Shown here: positions 37,301 through 58,839 of the stretch, one piece after another | Numbering within the stretch: position 1 is the first letter of the stretch | Layout of the letters: every line of letters starts with the position of its first letter | Assembly: GCA_002269645.1 (NCBI GenBank) | Contig: NIVC01001550.1 | Span: 1-64,000 of the forward strand | Length of the DNA: 64,000 nt | DNA from: Macrostomum lignano | Lineage: Eukaryota | Reading direction: 5' to 3' | Notes under the pieces: generated by a model | Database searches by the model: none | Seen by the model: the letters and a program-made list of their open reading frames with translations, nothing else | Told to the model about the DNA's origin: nothing | Made by a program: the position numbers and the translations under genes

Positions 37301-40059
37301 GCAGCTGCTTTAAATCCCACCTGAGAACTGACTGGGGAAAAGTGGGGATTAGTACAGCTGCCTTAAACCCCACCTGAGAACTGACTGGGGAAAAGTGGGG
37401 ATTAGCGCAGCTGCTTTGAATCCTACCTGAGAACTGACTGAATAAAAGTGGGGATTAGCACAACTGCTTTGAATCCCACCTGAGAACTGACTGGGGAAAA
37501 GTGGGGATTAGTACAGCTGCTTTAAATCCCACCTGAGAACTGACTGGGTAAAAGTGGGGATTAGCACAACTGCTTTGAATCCCACCTGAGAACTGACTGG
37601 GGAAAAGTGGGGATTAGTACAGCTGCTTTGAATCCCACCTGAGAACTGACTGGGGAAAAGTGGGGATTAGTACAGCTGCTTTAAACCCCACCTGAGAACT
37701 GACTGGGGAAAAGTGGGGATTAGCACAACTGCTTTGAATCCCACCTGAGAACTGACTGGGGAAAAGTGGGGATTAGTACAGCTGCTTTAAACCCCACCTG
37801 AGAACTGACTGGGGAAAAGTGGGGATTAGCGCAGCTGCTTTAGTACATTAAATACAACTCAAAAAGCGACAGTTAAGAAAGCAACACAACCTGCAGATCC
37901 TCGCTACTCGAGGTCACTGGCACCCTTCGCTCGGCCAGACAGAGCGTGTCGAACACGAACGGGCGCACGGAGTCGAGGGGTATTGGCTCGATGCGGAAGT
38001 CCCTGCCTTTGATGTACAACAGGCCGACTTGTTTCTGCACAGCCTCGCCCGGGCACAGCGAGGTGGCAACGGAGCTGCCGGGCTGGGTGATGAAGACGCC
38101 AGTCTGGGCGTTCCGCTCCGGCACGATCCGGCACTCGTGCTCGTGGCCCCACATCACCAGGTCTATGATGGGATTGATGAAACTCTCCGGCAGGTAATTT
38201 GTCTGGCCGTGCTTGCTGCGATTCTGCGGCCCCAACGGATAGTGGGGAATACGTGAGCTTGCTACTGACAGTAGCATAATTAGTGCATTGGCGCACATCT
38301 AAGATAGCTTAAATGTCATTAATTTGTGCGATTCCCGTCCATGACATGTGGAATAACCACAGTGTGTACATGTACACTGTATGACAATGGGAAGGTCAAG
38401 GCCCCTGTACACCCTGTGTGCGTGAACCCAGTAGCTAAACTAAACCTCACAGCACACAAACCTGGTGCACCACCAAGAGGTTGAACCAAGAATCTTGATC
38501 CTCCTCGGGACTGAGCACAGTCACAGCCTGCTGAACAAAGAGGTCGTGCAATCGTTCATCCCGGATGTTGCCCAGGCCGTACAGAGCCAGCCTGGTGCTG
38601 CCTTTGGCCATGAGAATGGGAGACAGCTCCACCGTCTCCACATTGTCGTGCTTGCCAAACAGGTTGACCAGGCCGGCAGAGTCAAGGACATCGAGAGCGC
38701 TGAGGCCCTCCCTGCCGAGTGGATCGTCGTGATTGCCGTGGACGATGAACACCGGCACGCTGACGTTCAGGTTGGCGTCCTCGAAGTTGACTCCGCCGCA
38801 GTCGCCGGGGTCGCCGTCGGCGCTGGCAGCGGCGCGCTGCTGACGCCTGTGCTGAAAGTTCTGCGCCTGGTCGCTGAGCACCTGGCGAGCGGGATCGATA
38901 ATCCAGCCAATATGGATTGCTAATCTAGTGAATATGGATTGCTAATCTAGCCAATATGGATTGCTAATCTAGTGAATATGGATTGCTAATCTAGTGAATA
39001 TGGATTGCTAATCTAGCCAATATGGATTGCTACTCTAGCCAATATGGATTGCTACTCTAGCCAATATGGATTGCTAATCCAGTGAATATGGATTGCTAAT
39101 CTAGCCAATATGAATTGCTAATCCAGTGAATATGGATTGCTAATCTAGCCAATATGGATTGCTAATCTAGCCAATATGGATTGCTAATCTAGCCAATATG
39201 GATTGCTAATCTAGCCAATATGAATTGCTAATCCAGTGAATATGGATTGCTAATCTAGCCAATATGGATTGCTAATCTAGCCAATATGAATTGCTAATCC
39301 AGTGAATATGGATTGCTAATCTAGCCAATATGGATTGCTAATCTAGCCAATATGGATTGCTAATCTAGCCAATATGGATTGCTAATCTAGCCAATATGAA
39401 TTGCTAATCCAGTGAATATGGATTGCTAATCTAGCCAATATGGATTGCTAATCTAGCCAATATGAATTGCTAATCCAGTGAATATGGATTGCTAATCTAG
39501 CCAATATGGATTGCTAATCTAGCCAATATGAATTGCTAATCCAGTGAATATGGATTGCTAATCTAGCCAATATGGATTGCTAATCTAGCCAATATGAATT
39601 GCTAATCCAGTGAATATGAATTGCTAATCCAGTGAATATGGATTGCTAATCTAGCCAATATGGATTGCTAATCTAGCCAATATGAATTGCTAATCCAGTG
39701 AATATGGATTGCTAATCTAGCCAATATGAATTGCTAATCCAGTGAATATGGATTGCTAATCTATCAGAGCCGCTCACCTGGAACTGCACGGGCCTGTCGC
39801 CAAAGCAGTACTGCCGAATCAGTCTCACACAGGAGTGCATGGTGTAGGTGCTGGGGCAGTTCTCGTGGAACAGGTCGCCACCAAGCAGCAGGAAGTCCAC
39901 TTCCTCTCTCTGAGCGATGGACAGAATCTCTTCTAGAGTATTAACAGAGTCCCGATACCGCACGCCGTCCTTCTCCATGTAGCCTACATGGTTGTCAGTG
40001 GCCAGCAAGATTTTGAACATGTCAGAGCTATCAGCTAAGTCCATATTCGCTTCCGACAT
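34348..40059 (-). CDS. MRE11: Double-strand break repair nuclease MRE11 (5 coding exons, ~716 aa)
   Basis: Exons 40059-39778, 38881-38462, 38223-37891, 35941-35747 and 35268-34348, all phase 0 with GT-AG junctions. Phosphoesterase motifs [29 protein letters not shown] and WGHEH; also [20 protein letters not shown] and a GAR/RGG region. Confidence 0.96.
35303..35637. repeat. 19-20-bp minisatellite, MRE11 intron 4
   Basis: Unit GGGGATAATTTCGGTCAA(A). Confidence 0.95.
36056..37841. repeat. 53-bp minisatellite (~33 copies), MRE11 intron 3
   Basis: Unit GGGGAAAAGTGGGGATTAGTACAGCTGCTTTAAACCCCACCTGAGAACTGACT. Confidence 0.97.
38358..38418 (-). other. Dispersed ~60-nt hairpin element, copy 2 (MRE11 intron 2, sense strand)
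   Basis: Minus strand: CACAGGGTGTACA...TGAC...GTCA...TGTACACACTGTG. Confidence 0.5.
38905..39762. repeat. 22-bp minisatellite filling MRE11 intron 1
   Basis: Unit AATATGGATTGCTAATCTAGCC, with a variant ending CCAGTG. Confidence 0.97.
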
Positions 40060-41109
40060 CTTGACAGATTAGCTGAAAAATTTAGTTTTTATGCCAGCAC
40101 TTAAGACTAATCATGATATTCTCAAGAAATATTCATCAGGGAAACTATATTTTAGATTTATGAACTGTACTTAGTCTATGGGTCATGAGCATTACTAGAC
40201 TAGTCATTAATAGTGAAGGCCAATGATTTTGAGAACTGTTACTAGCACCTGGACAGACCCTTATTGGAGTGAATCTAAAATTGATTAAAAAGTGCATGGA
40301 CAAACTTTGCTCCTAGATGCCTTAGCTGCACAAGATTATAACAACACATGTAGCAACTAAGGGTAATCTTTAAGGGGTTGAAGCAGGCTTTTATATAATA
40401 TAAATTTGAGCACTTCTCAATTTGAGGATTTTAAACATAATCAAGCGTGCAAAATATATCAGTTGGTTTCTTTATCCATATAGGATGCCATCCACATAGA
40501 CTCCCTTCACTGAATTAGGGGTGCTAGATTAAGAATCTAGCTCATGGTTGTAAGTCAGATAAGAGAAGAAAGGAGAGGCCATATAGGAAAAATATACCAT
40601 TTTTGCAATTGGCTAATCACTGTTCAGATAGACCCCTTTGGCAGCCAAGTGTGGTATAGCAAAAAGGAGAAAAGGATAAATGAATGGTTTGTAGTAGAAG
40701 CACTTTATAAGCATAGAAAAGCTTCAAAGGAGCATTTTAGCCTATGATAGCTTCATAGCCTTCAAAAGAAGCTTCATAGCCCATGACATAGACTTAGATA
40801 AGATAGGTTCTATTACAGCTGAGCATACAAGCTAAGCTTCATATAGAAACCAAGCAAATATTCTCCAATAAGAGATGGTATAGCCTGCCACAGATGAAAT
40901 ATCTATGTAGCTTAGATGATTGTTGCATTTAAATTTATTCCAATAGAGAAGGAGAGAAGAGAAATAAATAAATAAAAAGAAGAGAGGAGAAGCAGATAAA
41001 AAATAGTAAAGAAGAGAGGAGGGATAACAGGATAAAGAAAATAGAGATGAATAAAAATAAAGTTGAAAAAGAAAAGAGCTAATAAAAGACAAATATTTAA
41101 GTAAGACTA

Positions 41110-41296
41110 AATTGCTTTTACTAAGTTTCAAAGGACCTAAAAGCCATTTTTACCCATTTTATGGCTAGGTAAACTGAAGTATTGTAGAGTTAAATGTCTT
41201 GCTCAAGGACACAAATTGTTCTAGGCCTAGTAGGATTATAAATTGAACCCTCAACCTTTAAGTTATAAGTCTTATTTTCTAACCACTAGGCTACTA
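41110..41296 (-). mobile_element. Decayed tRNA-derived SINE with CORE(MIR)-like central motif
   Basis: The minus strand reads TAGCCTAGTGGTTAGA (A-box-like) ... AAGGTTGAGGGTTCAA (B-box-like) ... TGTGTCCTTGAGCAAGACATTTAAC, resembling the CORE motif TGTGACCTTGGGCAAGTCACTTAAC, then AAAATGGGTA. The 3' end is approximate. Confidence 0.62.
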
Positions 41297-42141
41297 TGGG
41301 CGACAGGAGCTAGTGGCATTGGTGGGATGTCCCCCTAAGAAAATAAGTCCATATGGCACACAATGCATTGTGCTCTCCTGCACTTTTCAGTTTCTAATAT
41401 TTAAATGCTTATTAATTAGCTACACTTGTACTATTGGTAATTTTTTATGCTTTTTTTCTGATTTTAGGCCCTAATCAGCAGCTTATAGAGACACTGTGCT
41501 CCCATGCTCCATGCCTGGTGCTTCTCCTAAAATATTAGGCTCTGCTTCACCTATAGGCTAGGTACAACATATGTTTTGATTATGTTTCAATTATATTATA
41601 ATATTTTAACAATGAACAATATTATAAATATAAAACCAATAGATCTGACAATGACAACATACTATTTAAATAGACCTAGAGGCTTTGCTTATTTTGCTTG
41701 AACTGTGGAAATATTTAATGACTATTTCAATTTTTTACTCTTATGTTGTTTTGAATTTGAGCCTAGCCAAAAATACTTCACAATACAATTATATGTTTTA
41801 TAACAATACTTTATTTAAATACAGTGCTACATTTTCTTTCATTACACTTTAATAATAGTAGAACTACATAATATAAGCATTAAAAGATGGCCCTATGCCT
41901 ATGCTATGCATTTTAATATCACTAAAAAGACTAAAAGTAGGCTTACTCATATTTAGGTAAAAAATTAAAACAAATAAACCAAAATTGGGCAGAACTTTAA
42001 CTTATATTTGTTCATTTTTGTGCTTGTAGTGCATTTTGGCTAGTGCTTTGAGCTTAAAATTCTATAAAATGGATCTGAGCTATACTTCATGTTATTTTTA
42101 AAATCACTGGCTAACTATCAACAAGCAGCTAGCTAACTTAC

Positions 42142-42360
42142 ATACGAAATACTTTATCATTCCATCGTATCTGTAATAGAGTAGGCCATAGTAGACTCCT
42201 GTTGTAGGATTCGAATTCTTGATAAAAAATTTAATAAGGACCCTCGGCCGTCCGCGCGATCCCGAGTTGTGACGGCGCACGTGCACGTAGATTTTAAACA
42301 GAAAACGAGCGTAATCGTGACTAACGACACACGAGCGCGCTTACGGAAAGACAGAATTGC
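42142..42360 (-). promoter_or_regulatory. Candidate MRE11 promoter / non-coding first exon
   Basis: Isolated CpG-rich patch (~42240-42360) in CpG-poor DNA; minus-strand donor GTAAGT at 42141; acceptor tttttcag 13 nt before the MRE11 ATG. Confidence 0.35.
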
Positions 42361-44577
42361 GAGAGTAAATCCTTAGCAGCTGTTGCTAATCCACCTGCTT
42401 CTACTGCTTCCGCTTCTCAACTCCCTCTTGCTAACTGATATTTTAACTGTCTTTGCGGTACTTTTCTTTTTAAATCTAAGGCAAATCTAAGGCCTCCAAA
42501 GGCAGAGTTTTAATGAAATTGATCATATTGACATTGGTGATCCCCAAAGCAGTTCGCAGGAGCCATATGCCCAGCTATTCGCGCATTTCTTCTAGGCGTC
42601 AGCGAGAGAACCTTAAAAAGGTTGCATTCTTCTCTGAGTAAGTGTTTCAGTAGCTTTCCATTCAGTAAAACACTTTTATTTTTTGAGAGTTCCAATTTAA
42701 TTAATAGTTTAGATTTAGACAATTGGGCCACTTGCCTAGTATACATGTACATGTAGCTGGCTCCTTCATTGACGCCAGTTTGTGTTTTGACCATATCGAT
42801 CGTAACCGCGGCTCTGCAGAACCAGACCATACAGAAGACCAAAAGACAGCCGAGAAAAACATGCATATATTACTTTTCTATTTAGAGCAGATCATGCAGC
42901 TAGCTGCCCAGCAGACCTGCACGCAAACCGGCCGGCTGCACATGTGCAACCTTTAGATTCAGACAGGCAAGCTGGAATCAGTAAATCCAGCTCTGAGTAT
43001 ATAACCTCTGAGAATCGGACAGCCATCAGCCTCTCAAGGTAGCTTAAAGTATGGCCTTAACTCCATTTTATGAGACAATCTCGACGCGCGCACTAGCTCT
43101 AATTAAATTAACCAAAATCTACAGTTAGCTAAATATACATGGCATACAGGATACAATCACATCTGACACCTGTGTACGGTATTACGTAACGTACAGTACA
43201 TGTAAATTTTGAGGGACAAAAAACGCTCACACCCGCGGGAGACAGACTTGTTAGCTACATGTGATGCATCATGTGATCGAGACCTGCAGCTATATATAGC
43301 AGATTAGGAAAGCAAACCATGCAGACAGCAATTTTATACATTTAGAGCTGCTGTGTAAATTAGTGGACTTAAGCTAGCATTAAAAAATGACACACGTTCT
43401 CTTTTGATAATGCTGAACACAAAATGATTCTTTTTCTAGGTTTGTTTTTATTTAGATGTAATTTTAGACTGCACTAAATTCACAACGAAAACTAGCTTGC
43501 ATGCATGTACTACGCGGTAAACACAATTAAGTACATGTACAGTACAAGTACCGTTATTTTTGGTAATTAGTGTAACAACAGATATAGTCGCATATTAATA
43601 AGCATTCGAATAACTACATAGATAAACTGCAAAACTATATGTCATTTAAACTGAGAAAATATGCTATCTTTTCTTTAGCCTATCTAGAACAAAAAACTGC
43701 ACAGGCCAATAAGTAAATAATTTTTTATACGTAAACAGATTTTTAACAACTACTGAGCTAGGTACTACTAATAATAGTGTTCAGTGCAATTAGTTGATCA
43801 ACACAGACATGACAGATAAATGAGATAAAATTTCTCTGTTACGAACATTCTAAAAAGTAAAGCTATATTAAAGCAAATGTAAAAAATATTGTTAATTCTT
43901 AATTAACTGTCCGTGCAATAGTGTAGGTATACATTCACGCGTACAGTGGGACTGGCCATAGACAGAATAAACAGCTAAAGTGATCAGAAAATATCAAGAG
44001 TAGCACATATACTTTGATATATCGACTCTAAATGTAAAACAACTAAAAACTGGATAAAGTCTAGAAAATGATTATGCTTTGTTTTCGGATTAATTTCTGA
44101 AGAATATTTCATCAACAGCAATTGGCATGGAATAAAAGTGAATAGGGTTTTAGAGTGACTATAGGTTCAAATTGCATTTTGCAATATGAAAATAGGTTAA
44201 AATAAGTTATAGTTTATATAAGCAGCAGAAATATGCATAATTCATAAGTAATGGGCATAAGATGATTGCCACTAATTTTGCCAAGCAAAAACAACAAAAA
44301 CACTTGAGACAAAATAAGATAACTAGATTTTATTAGTTGAAGTATATTCATTTGTTAAAAACTCACATGTTTCGGCGGCTTATCAAACTATGCTACTAAT
44401 AGTAAGCTATAAGAGAAATTAACATTAAGCTTAACGGCTTTAAAGTTTGAAAACAAAAATTAATAGGTAAATGATAGGCGCCATCAATTATGAAGCTGCA
44501 ACTCGAATCAAACCAACAATACAAGCTTTGCATCCGTGTGGCGAACTCCAGATTATTGCGGATAGTTAATTAATTCG

Positions 44578-53937
<9,360 letters not shown>

Positions 53938-54034
53938 AGTTAAAATTAGTGATTAGTTAGCGTCAAGGCGTTAGATTTTTTTCTTTGCGTTGCATTTTTA
54001 AATCAACTGCATCGATTGGTGAGGTCACTTTCTA

Positions 54035-54376
54035 AAATTAGAATACTTCGTTTGTTGATGTCATTTTCTAAAATTAGAACACGCCGTTTGTTGACGTCAC
54101 TTTCTAAAATTAGAACACGCCATTTGTTGACGTCACTTTCTAAAATTAGAATGCGTCGCTTGTTGACGCCTCTTTCATAGATAGAATGCATCGGTAGGTG
54201 GCGTCACTTGCTATAAATAGAATACATCTAAAGATGACGTCATCTTCTAAAGTTTTCGACAGTATACGTGGATTGGTCACGTCAGTTCTATGGTGATAAT
54301 AACAAAAATGCATCGATTGTTGATCTTTAAACGACCTTTATTCTAAAATTAGGACGCAACGCATACGATGACGTCA
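54035..54376. promoter_or_regulatory. Cluster of four TGACGTCA (CRE-type) palindromes upstream of VGLUT, partly in a 36-bp tandem repeat
   Basis: TGACGTCA at 54092, 54128, 54235 and 54369, plus half-sites, 155-440 bp upstream of the VGLUT ATG. Function is inferred. Confidence 0.45.
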
Positions 54377-55513
54377 ATTTTTGTTACTGAATTTACTGAA
54401 TTCTATCAATATTTTAGAGTTTCTGAGCCAAATCTGAGTGCATGCTATGTCGATGCCGAATTTTCGCAATCATTATTAATTGTTTTCTGACTGCACTCTT
54501 ACTTTGTTTAAGTGCATTCCGAACTGATCGCATCACCTGCAAGCTCCTACGCTGCTGCTGCTGGTAGGTAATTTCGTTCGATAAAGGCACTAACCTTGAG
54601 TAGTGCCAGTGAATTTCGAAACGGGCGCCACGGAAATCCATTAGTTGAGCAAGGAGTCGGAGGGGGGTTCCATTTCCATTTCCAACTGTTTCATCGTGCG
54701 TCGACTTTTCCCACGATGCGAGGGCATTCTTTTCTCCAAAAAACAGAAATCAATAATAATGGGCCACTTGGCGTCGGTCGGGCATTTCCAGATTTTTGCC
54801 CTCCGGAATGGCAGCGATGAAGAAGAGGGGGAGACTGCGAGATGGGGAGAGAAAGAGATGAGCTGAGATGAGATGAAGCGGAGATACGGCGGGCGGTCCG
54901 GTCAAAGTTAATGAGATGCGCCATCGAAGAGTTCGTAGATCGAAAGTTCAGAAAGTTCTGCGAATCTTTTCTTAAATATCACCTCCCCGATCACTCTCCA
55001 CTGCCTCTGGTCGCCAATATCCCGCAGGCCATTGTGCGGCACCGCCTGGAGTAACTCGGCTCCGCTCAAACCCAAATCTCCGCTATAGCCCAGACCACCC
55101 CCTCTGCTGGCAATTTCCGCACTGGTCCGCGATGCTGACCGTCTGAGTGAGCTGGGACTCAATTTCCGTCAGACAGGCGCACAAAATGGAGAGCGGGACG
55201 CCAAACAGAAGCAATTTCTGTGCTCCATCTCGCTTGCCAGCTTGGCTTGCTTGGGCAAACAATCCGCTGCCAGACAGAGATGATAGAGAGGCCGCTGCGT
55301 GTCTCTATGTTTTGAGCCCTCTGTGTAGAAGCAAAGCTGAAATCTGAGAACTCAAGAATGCCTTCGCGTTCTCAGTTAATTAAAATTTGCTGATTGCAGG
55401 AATGCATCAGGTGCTTGGAGGAAAGGTGTGGGACTTTTGATTCTGTTTGGATCGCTGGTAGCGCAGATAGTAAAGTTTCAGCTCGACAACACAGGAATTA
55501 CGTGATTCGCACT

Positions 55514-55682
55514 TTGGCATCACGTGATCTGCACTCTTTACACTCCAGCTTGGCATCACGTGATCTGCACTCTTTACACTCCAGCTTGGCATCACGTGAT
55601 CTGCACTCTTTACACTCCAGCTTGGCATCACGTGATCTGCACTCTTTAAAATCACGTGATGCCAAACTGGCGTCACGTGATC
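55514..55682. repeat. 36-bp tandem repeat with inverted end carrying six TCACGTGA E-boxes
   Basis: Unit TTGGCATCACGTGATCTGCACTCTTTACACTCCAGC; CACGTG at 55521, 55557, 55593, 55629, 55653 and 55674. Confidence 0.85.
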
Positions 55683-56544
55683 AAGGATGACTTTATTAGA
55701 GACAGATTTCTAAGAAATAAAATTTGTGATCGGTTCAGTTCAGCTAAAGGCATCGCGCGAACACATTTAATTAACAATTTGTAAACTAACCAGTTCTGGT
55801 TCACTAAAGTCTATCATAGACCTAGCAGTTTAGGAAAGTCACAATGCCAATGAGGGATTTGCGAGTCGAAAAATTTCCAATTTAGAGCGAGTTTTAACTG
55901 CTAGAGACAGCAAGATTTTTCTGAGACAGAGTTTTTTTTCAGTAAAATTTTTTGCAACGGGTTGCCTGGCATTGTGCGGCCGTCCTATCATCCATAAATA
56001 GGCATCCCAAACAGCGGCCTCAGCGAGCTTCCCCGATCCCCAATCCATTAACGGATTGAAAGGGGACCCCGGGGGGGGGGGCTGAGTCCCCACCGACTCT
56101 GGCTGCTCGTGCGTGTGGGTGTGTGTTTGTTTGCCTGCTCAATATCGGTCTTCTGGAATTATGGCTTAGGCCCCGGACTCCCCGGCCCCCCATCAACTTC
56201 GCTTCATCGCCCCGCACCCCCCCCCTTCGCACACGAGCGGGCAGCGCATTCTTCATCTCTTTCTCTTTATTCCCCAATTCCCAGGGAAAAAAAGCTGAAT
56301 GCCCTCCCAAATCCTCGCATCGGGATTAAGCGGGGATCGGCGGAGGCTGAGGGAGGAGGCGGTGGCCCGGCTACTCCAGTGACGATGCTGCGGATCCAGC
56401 CTCACTTTCCTTGCCCCCCTCGCTTCTCTCTCCATCAACGTAGCTTTTGAGGTTGAGCAAGTCAAAGCTAGTTCTTATAGATTTGACAGCTATGGCTCAG
56501 GGGTGTGATTTAGGGCGGAGTTCGGGTTGTGATTCAGGACCGAG

Positions 56545-56735
56545 CCGAGATGCATAGAGAGTGCAGGGTGAGATGCATACAGAGTGCAGGGTGAGATGCA
56601 TACAGAGTGCAGGGTGAGATGCATAGAGAGTGCAGGGTGAGATGCATAGAGAGTGCAGGGTGAGATGCATGACAAATGCAGGGTGAGATGCATGGCAAAC
56701 GTAGGGTGAGATGCATAGAGTGCAGGGTGAGATGA
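56545..56735. repeat. 23-bp minisatellite
   Basis: Unit GAGATGCATAGAGAGTGCAGGGT. Confidence 0.9.
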
Positions 56736-57119
56736 AGGGTGGATGAGTCGCCCCTGGCTTCGCACGGCAAGCTCTGGACTTAAGACCCCCTCACTAAATC
56801 AGGTCTTGACTCAAGAATCGCGCAGACCGCGGCGCTCAGCAGGAGTCCAGTGAGATACGGAGAGCCGCGGACCGGAGGATTAACACCGGGACTCACTGCA
56901 GGAGTTCTCCCTGAGCCTCATATTTTATTTCGCTAGCGGATTAACTGCAATCTGATCCCACTGAATCATTATGCATCAATGCGGAGTTTATGGCCTTTTA
57001 CTTTCTTTTGCCTACTTGGCGACTTGAGAGTATTTGGGCTGCATTGTAAACTGGGACTGCTCAGGGCTGCATAGGGCGCCCAGGTGCAGATAGGCACTTT
57101 CGCTACTGACGCTCCACCC

Positions 57120-57270
57120 TCCTCTACTCTACCCTTCCCTACTCTACCCTTCACTAATCTACTCTTCACTAATCTACCCTTCACTAATCTACACTTCACT
57201 AATCTACCCTTTCATGACCCTTCACTACTCTACCCTTTACTAATCTACCCTTCACTACTCTACACTGCTC
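57120..57270. repeat. ~15-bp degenerate repeat
   Basis: Recurring TTCACTAATCTACCC. Confidence 0.75.
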
Positions 57271-58417
57271 TCTACCACTGGATTGCTCTACCCCCCTACT
57301 CTACTATCCCCGCTATTTCACACTCTGTCAAGCCTTGAACTTTCCCTCTATAGAGCTCAGAGTCGCGGCCGCCGCAATCCATTTCCCTTGAAAATCACTC
57401 TCAGAATTAATAACAAACAGATGATGGGGCCAAAGCAATCAGCGAATGCGTGACTCCCAGAGTGAGGCTGGGGCTGGGGGCTCGGGACTACCAGATAGTC
57501 TCTAGCTAATGCATCTGGCTACACAAGTCACTGCCTGAAATGCAATTAGTCTGACTGCAGTGAGTCCTCATTGTTTATGCTCATCCCAGACTCCCCCTCG
57601 CTGTCCCTCATCCTCCGTCTCTCCACCTCGATCGCCCCAAAACTTCTCGTCGCGTGAGCCCACCGTGAGCCAGCTCTGAGCCTTTGTTGTGGCAGCAGCG
57701 CAGCGCCGCCTTTACCCCGAATTTGCATTCCCCATTCTGCAGCTCCAACTCCGTCCGCCGCCCGGGCAGAGACCCGAGGGCAGGGATAGCGGGGGACAAA
57801 AATTAGCTTCGCTTCGCTCTCCTGTCACTTCGAAGTTTCCGTCGCCCGTGAGAGTTTGAGTTTGAGTCTCTATCTGAGCCCATCTACAGTATCCGGGGGG
57901 GGGGGCAGGCCCGAGTCCTCCCCACTGGGCTATCCAGAAAACATTACACAAACAGACTGGCGTCGCCCTCCTGCGGGAATTCCGCAGAGGTCCGTCGCCC
58001 CGTCGAAAAAAGGAACATGGGGAGTGAGTAGTGCTGTGTGCCCCCCCGGGGACTGATAAGCGAGCGGGAGGGACCGGACCCCCCCTGCTGTTTTTGTTCC
58101 GGACTGATCCAGCCGCAAACTTCATGTTTCTTCCGCTTCGAACCCCTGATGAAGCTCAATGCTGCGTTGTTAACCGCACTGTTTACAAGCTCTCCTCTCA
58201 GAGCTGACTTGGGCAGACAAGAACGAACTGATTCGGGTAGCGGCTTTCCCGGCTGAATCCGCTGGCTAAAGCATAACAAGACAGGGGATCAGGTGCAGAA
58301 CTCTGACCAACTGGATTTTGTAACAACATTCGCGGGAGGCCTGTGGGACACCCATGACACCCATGAGTGCCCATGTCGATGACTCATGAGCCTCAATACT
58401 GTACACACGCACGCTCA

Positions 58418-58474
58418 CACAGGCTGTACATCGGCCCAGACTTTCTAATCGTCAGGCATGTACACTTTACTGTG
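58418..58474 (+). other. Dispersed ~60-nt hairpin element, copy 3
   Basis: CACAGGCTGTACAT...GAC...GTC...ATGTACACTTTACTGTG; similarity to copy 1 extends ~80 bp upstream. Confidence 0.55.
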
Positions 58475-58839
58475 CCTGGGGGGGGGGGTTAGCCCTCATG
58501 GCTGTAAAGCTCACGACAACCCCCGGGCAGTTTTCGCTAACCGACCGCGTCACCCCGGTAGCACAATTTTCCACGCGATTTTGAAAATTCGATCACTTTC
58601 AATTCAATAAGATTTGTACAAAGTTCTGACTGTACTTTTATTTCAATCTTAAATATGAGAGAACGGCAGACTTCATTAGCAGAAGAAAATATGGTTAGTC
58701 CACGCCTCAGTTTATGAGAAATATCACGGGCGCAGCTGTAATCCTAATCTCGGCTTGGGCTTTTTTAAATCCACAACTTTTGAATAATTCGCCTTCAAAA
58801 CCCTCTTTTCCATGTGTTAAAACTCCAAAAAAGACAGAA

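Noticed and set aside
36056-37841. CRISPR-like appearance (regular palindromic repeats)
   Set aside because: Head-to-tail units with no unique spacers, no cas genes, and located in a eukaryotic intron. The same applies to all other arrays.
38465-38923. 152-aa plus-strand ORF (also 35002-35293, 44590-45246, 53560-53922, 9731-10258)
   Set aside because: Antisense shadows of GC3-rich exons of MRE11, VGLUT and UCK.
54908-55162. 84-aa minus-strand ORF upstream of VGLUT
   Set aside because: No recognisable homology and no convincing donor linking it to VGLUT.
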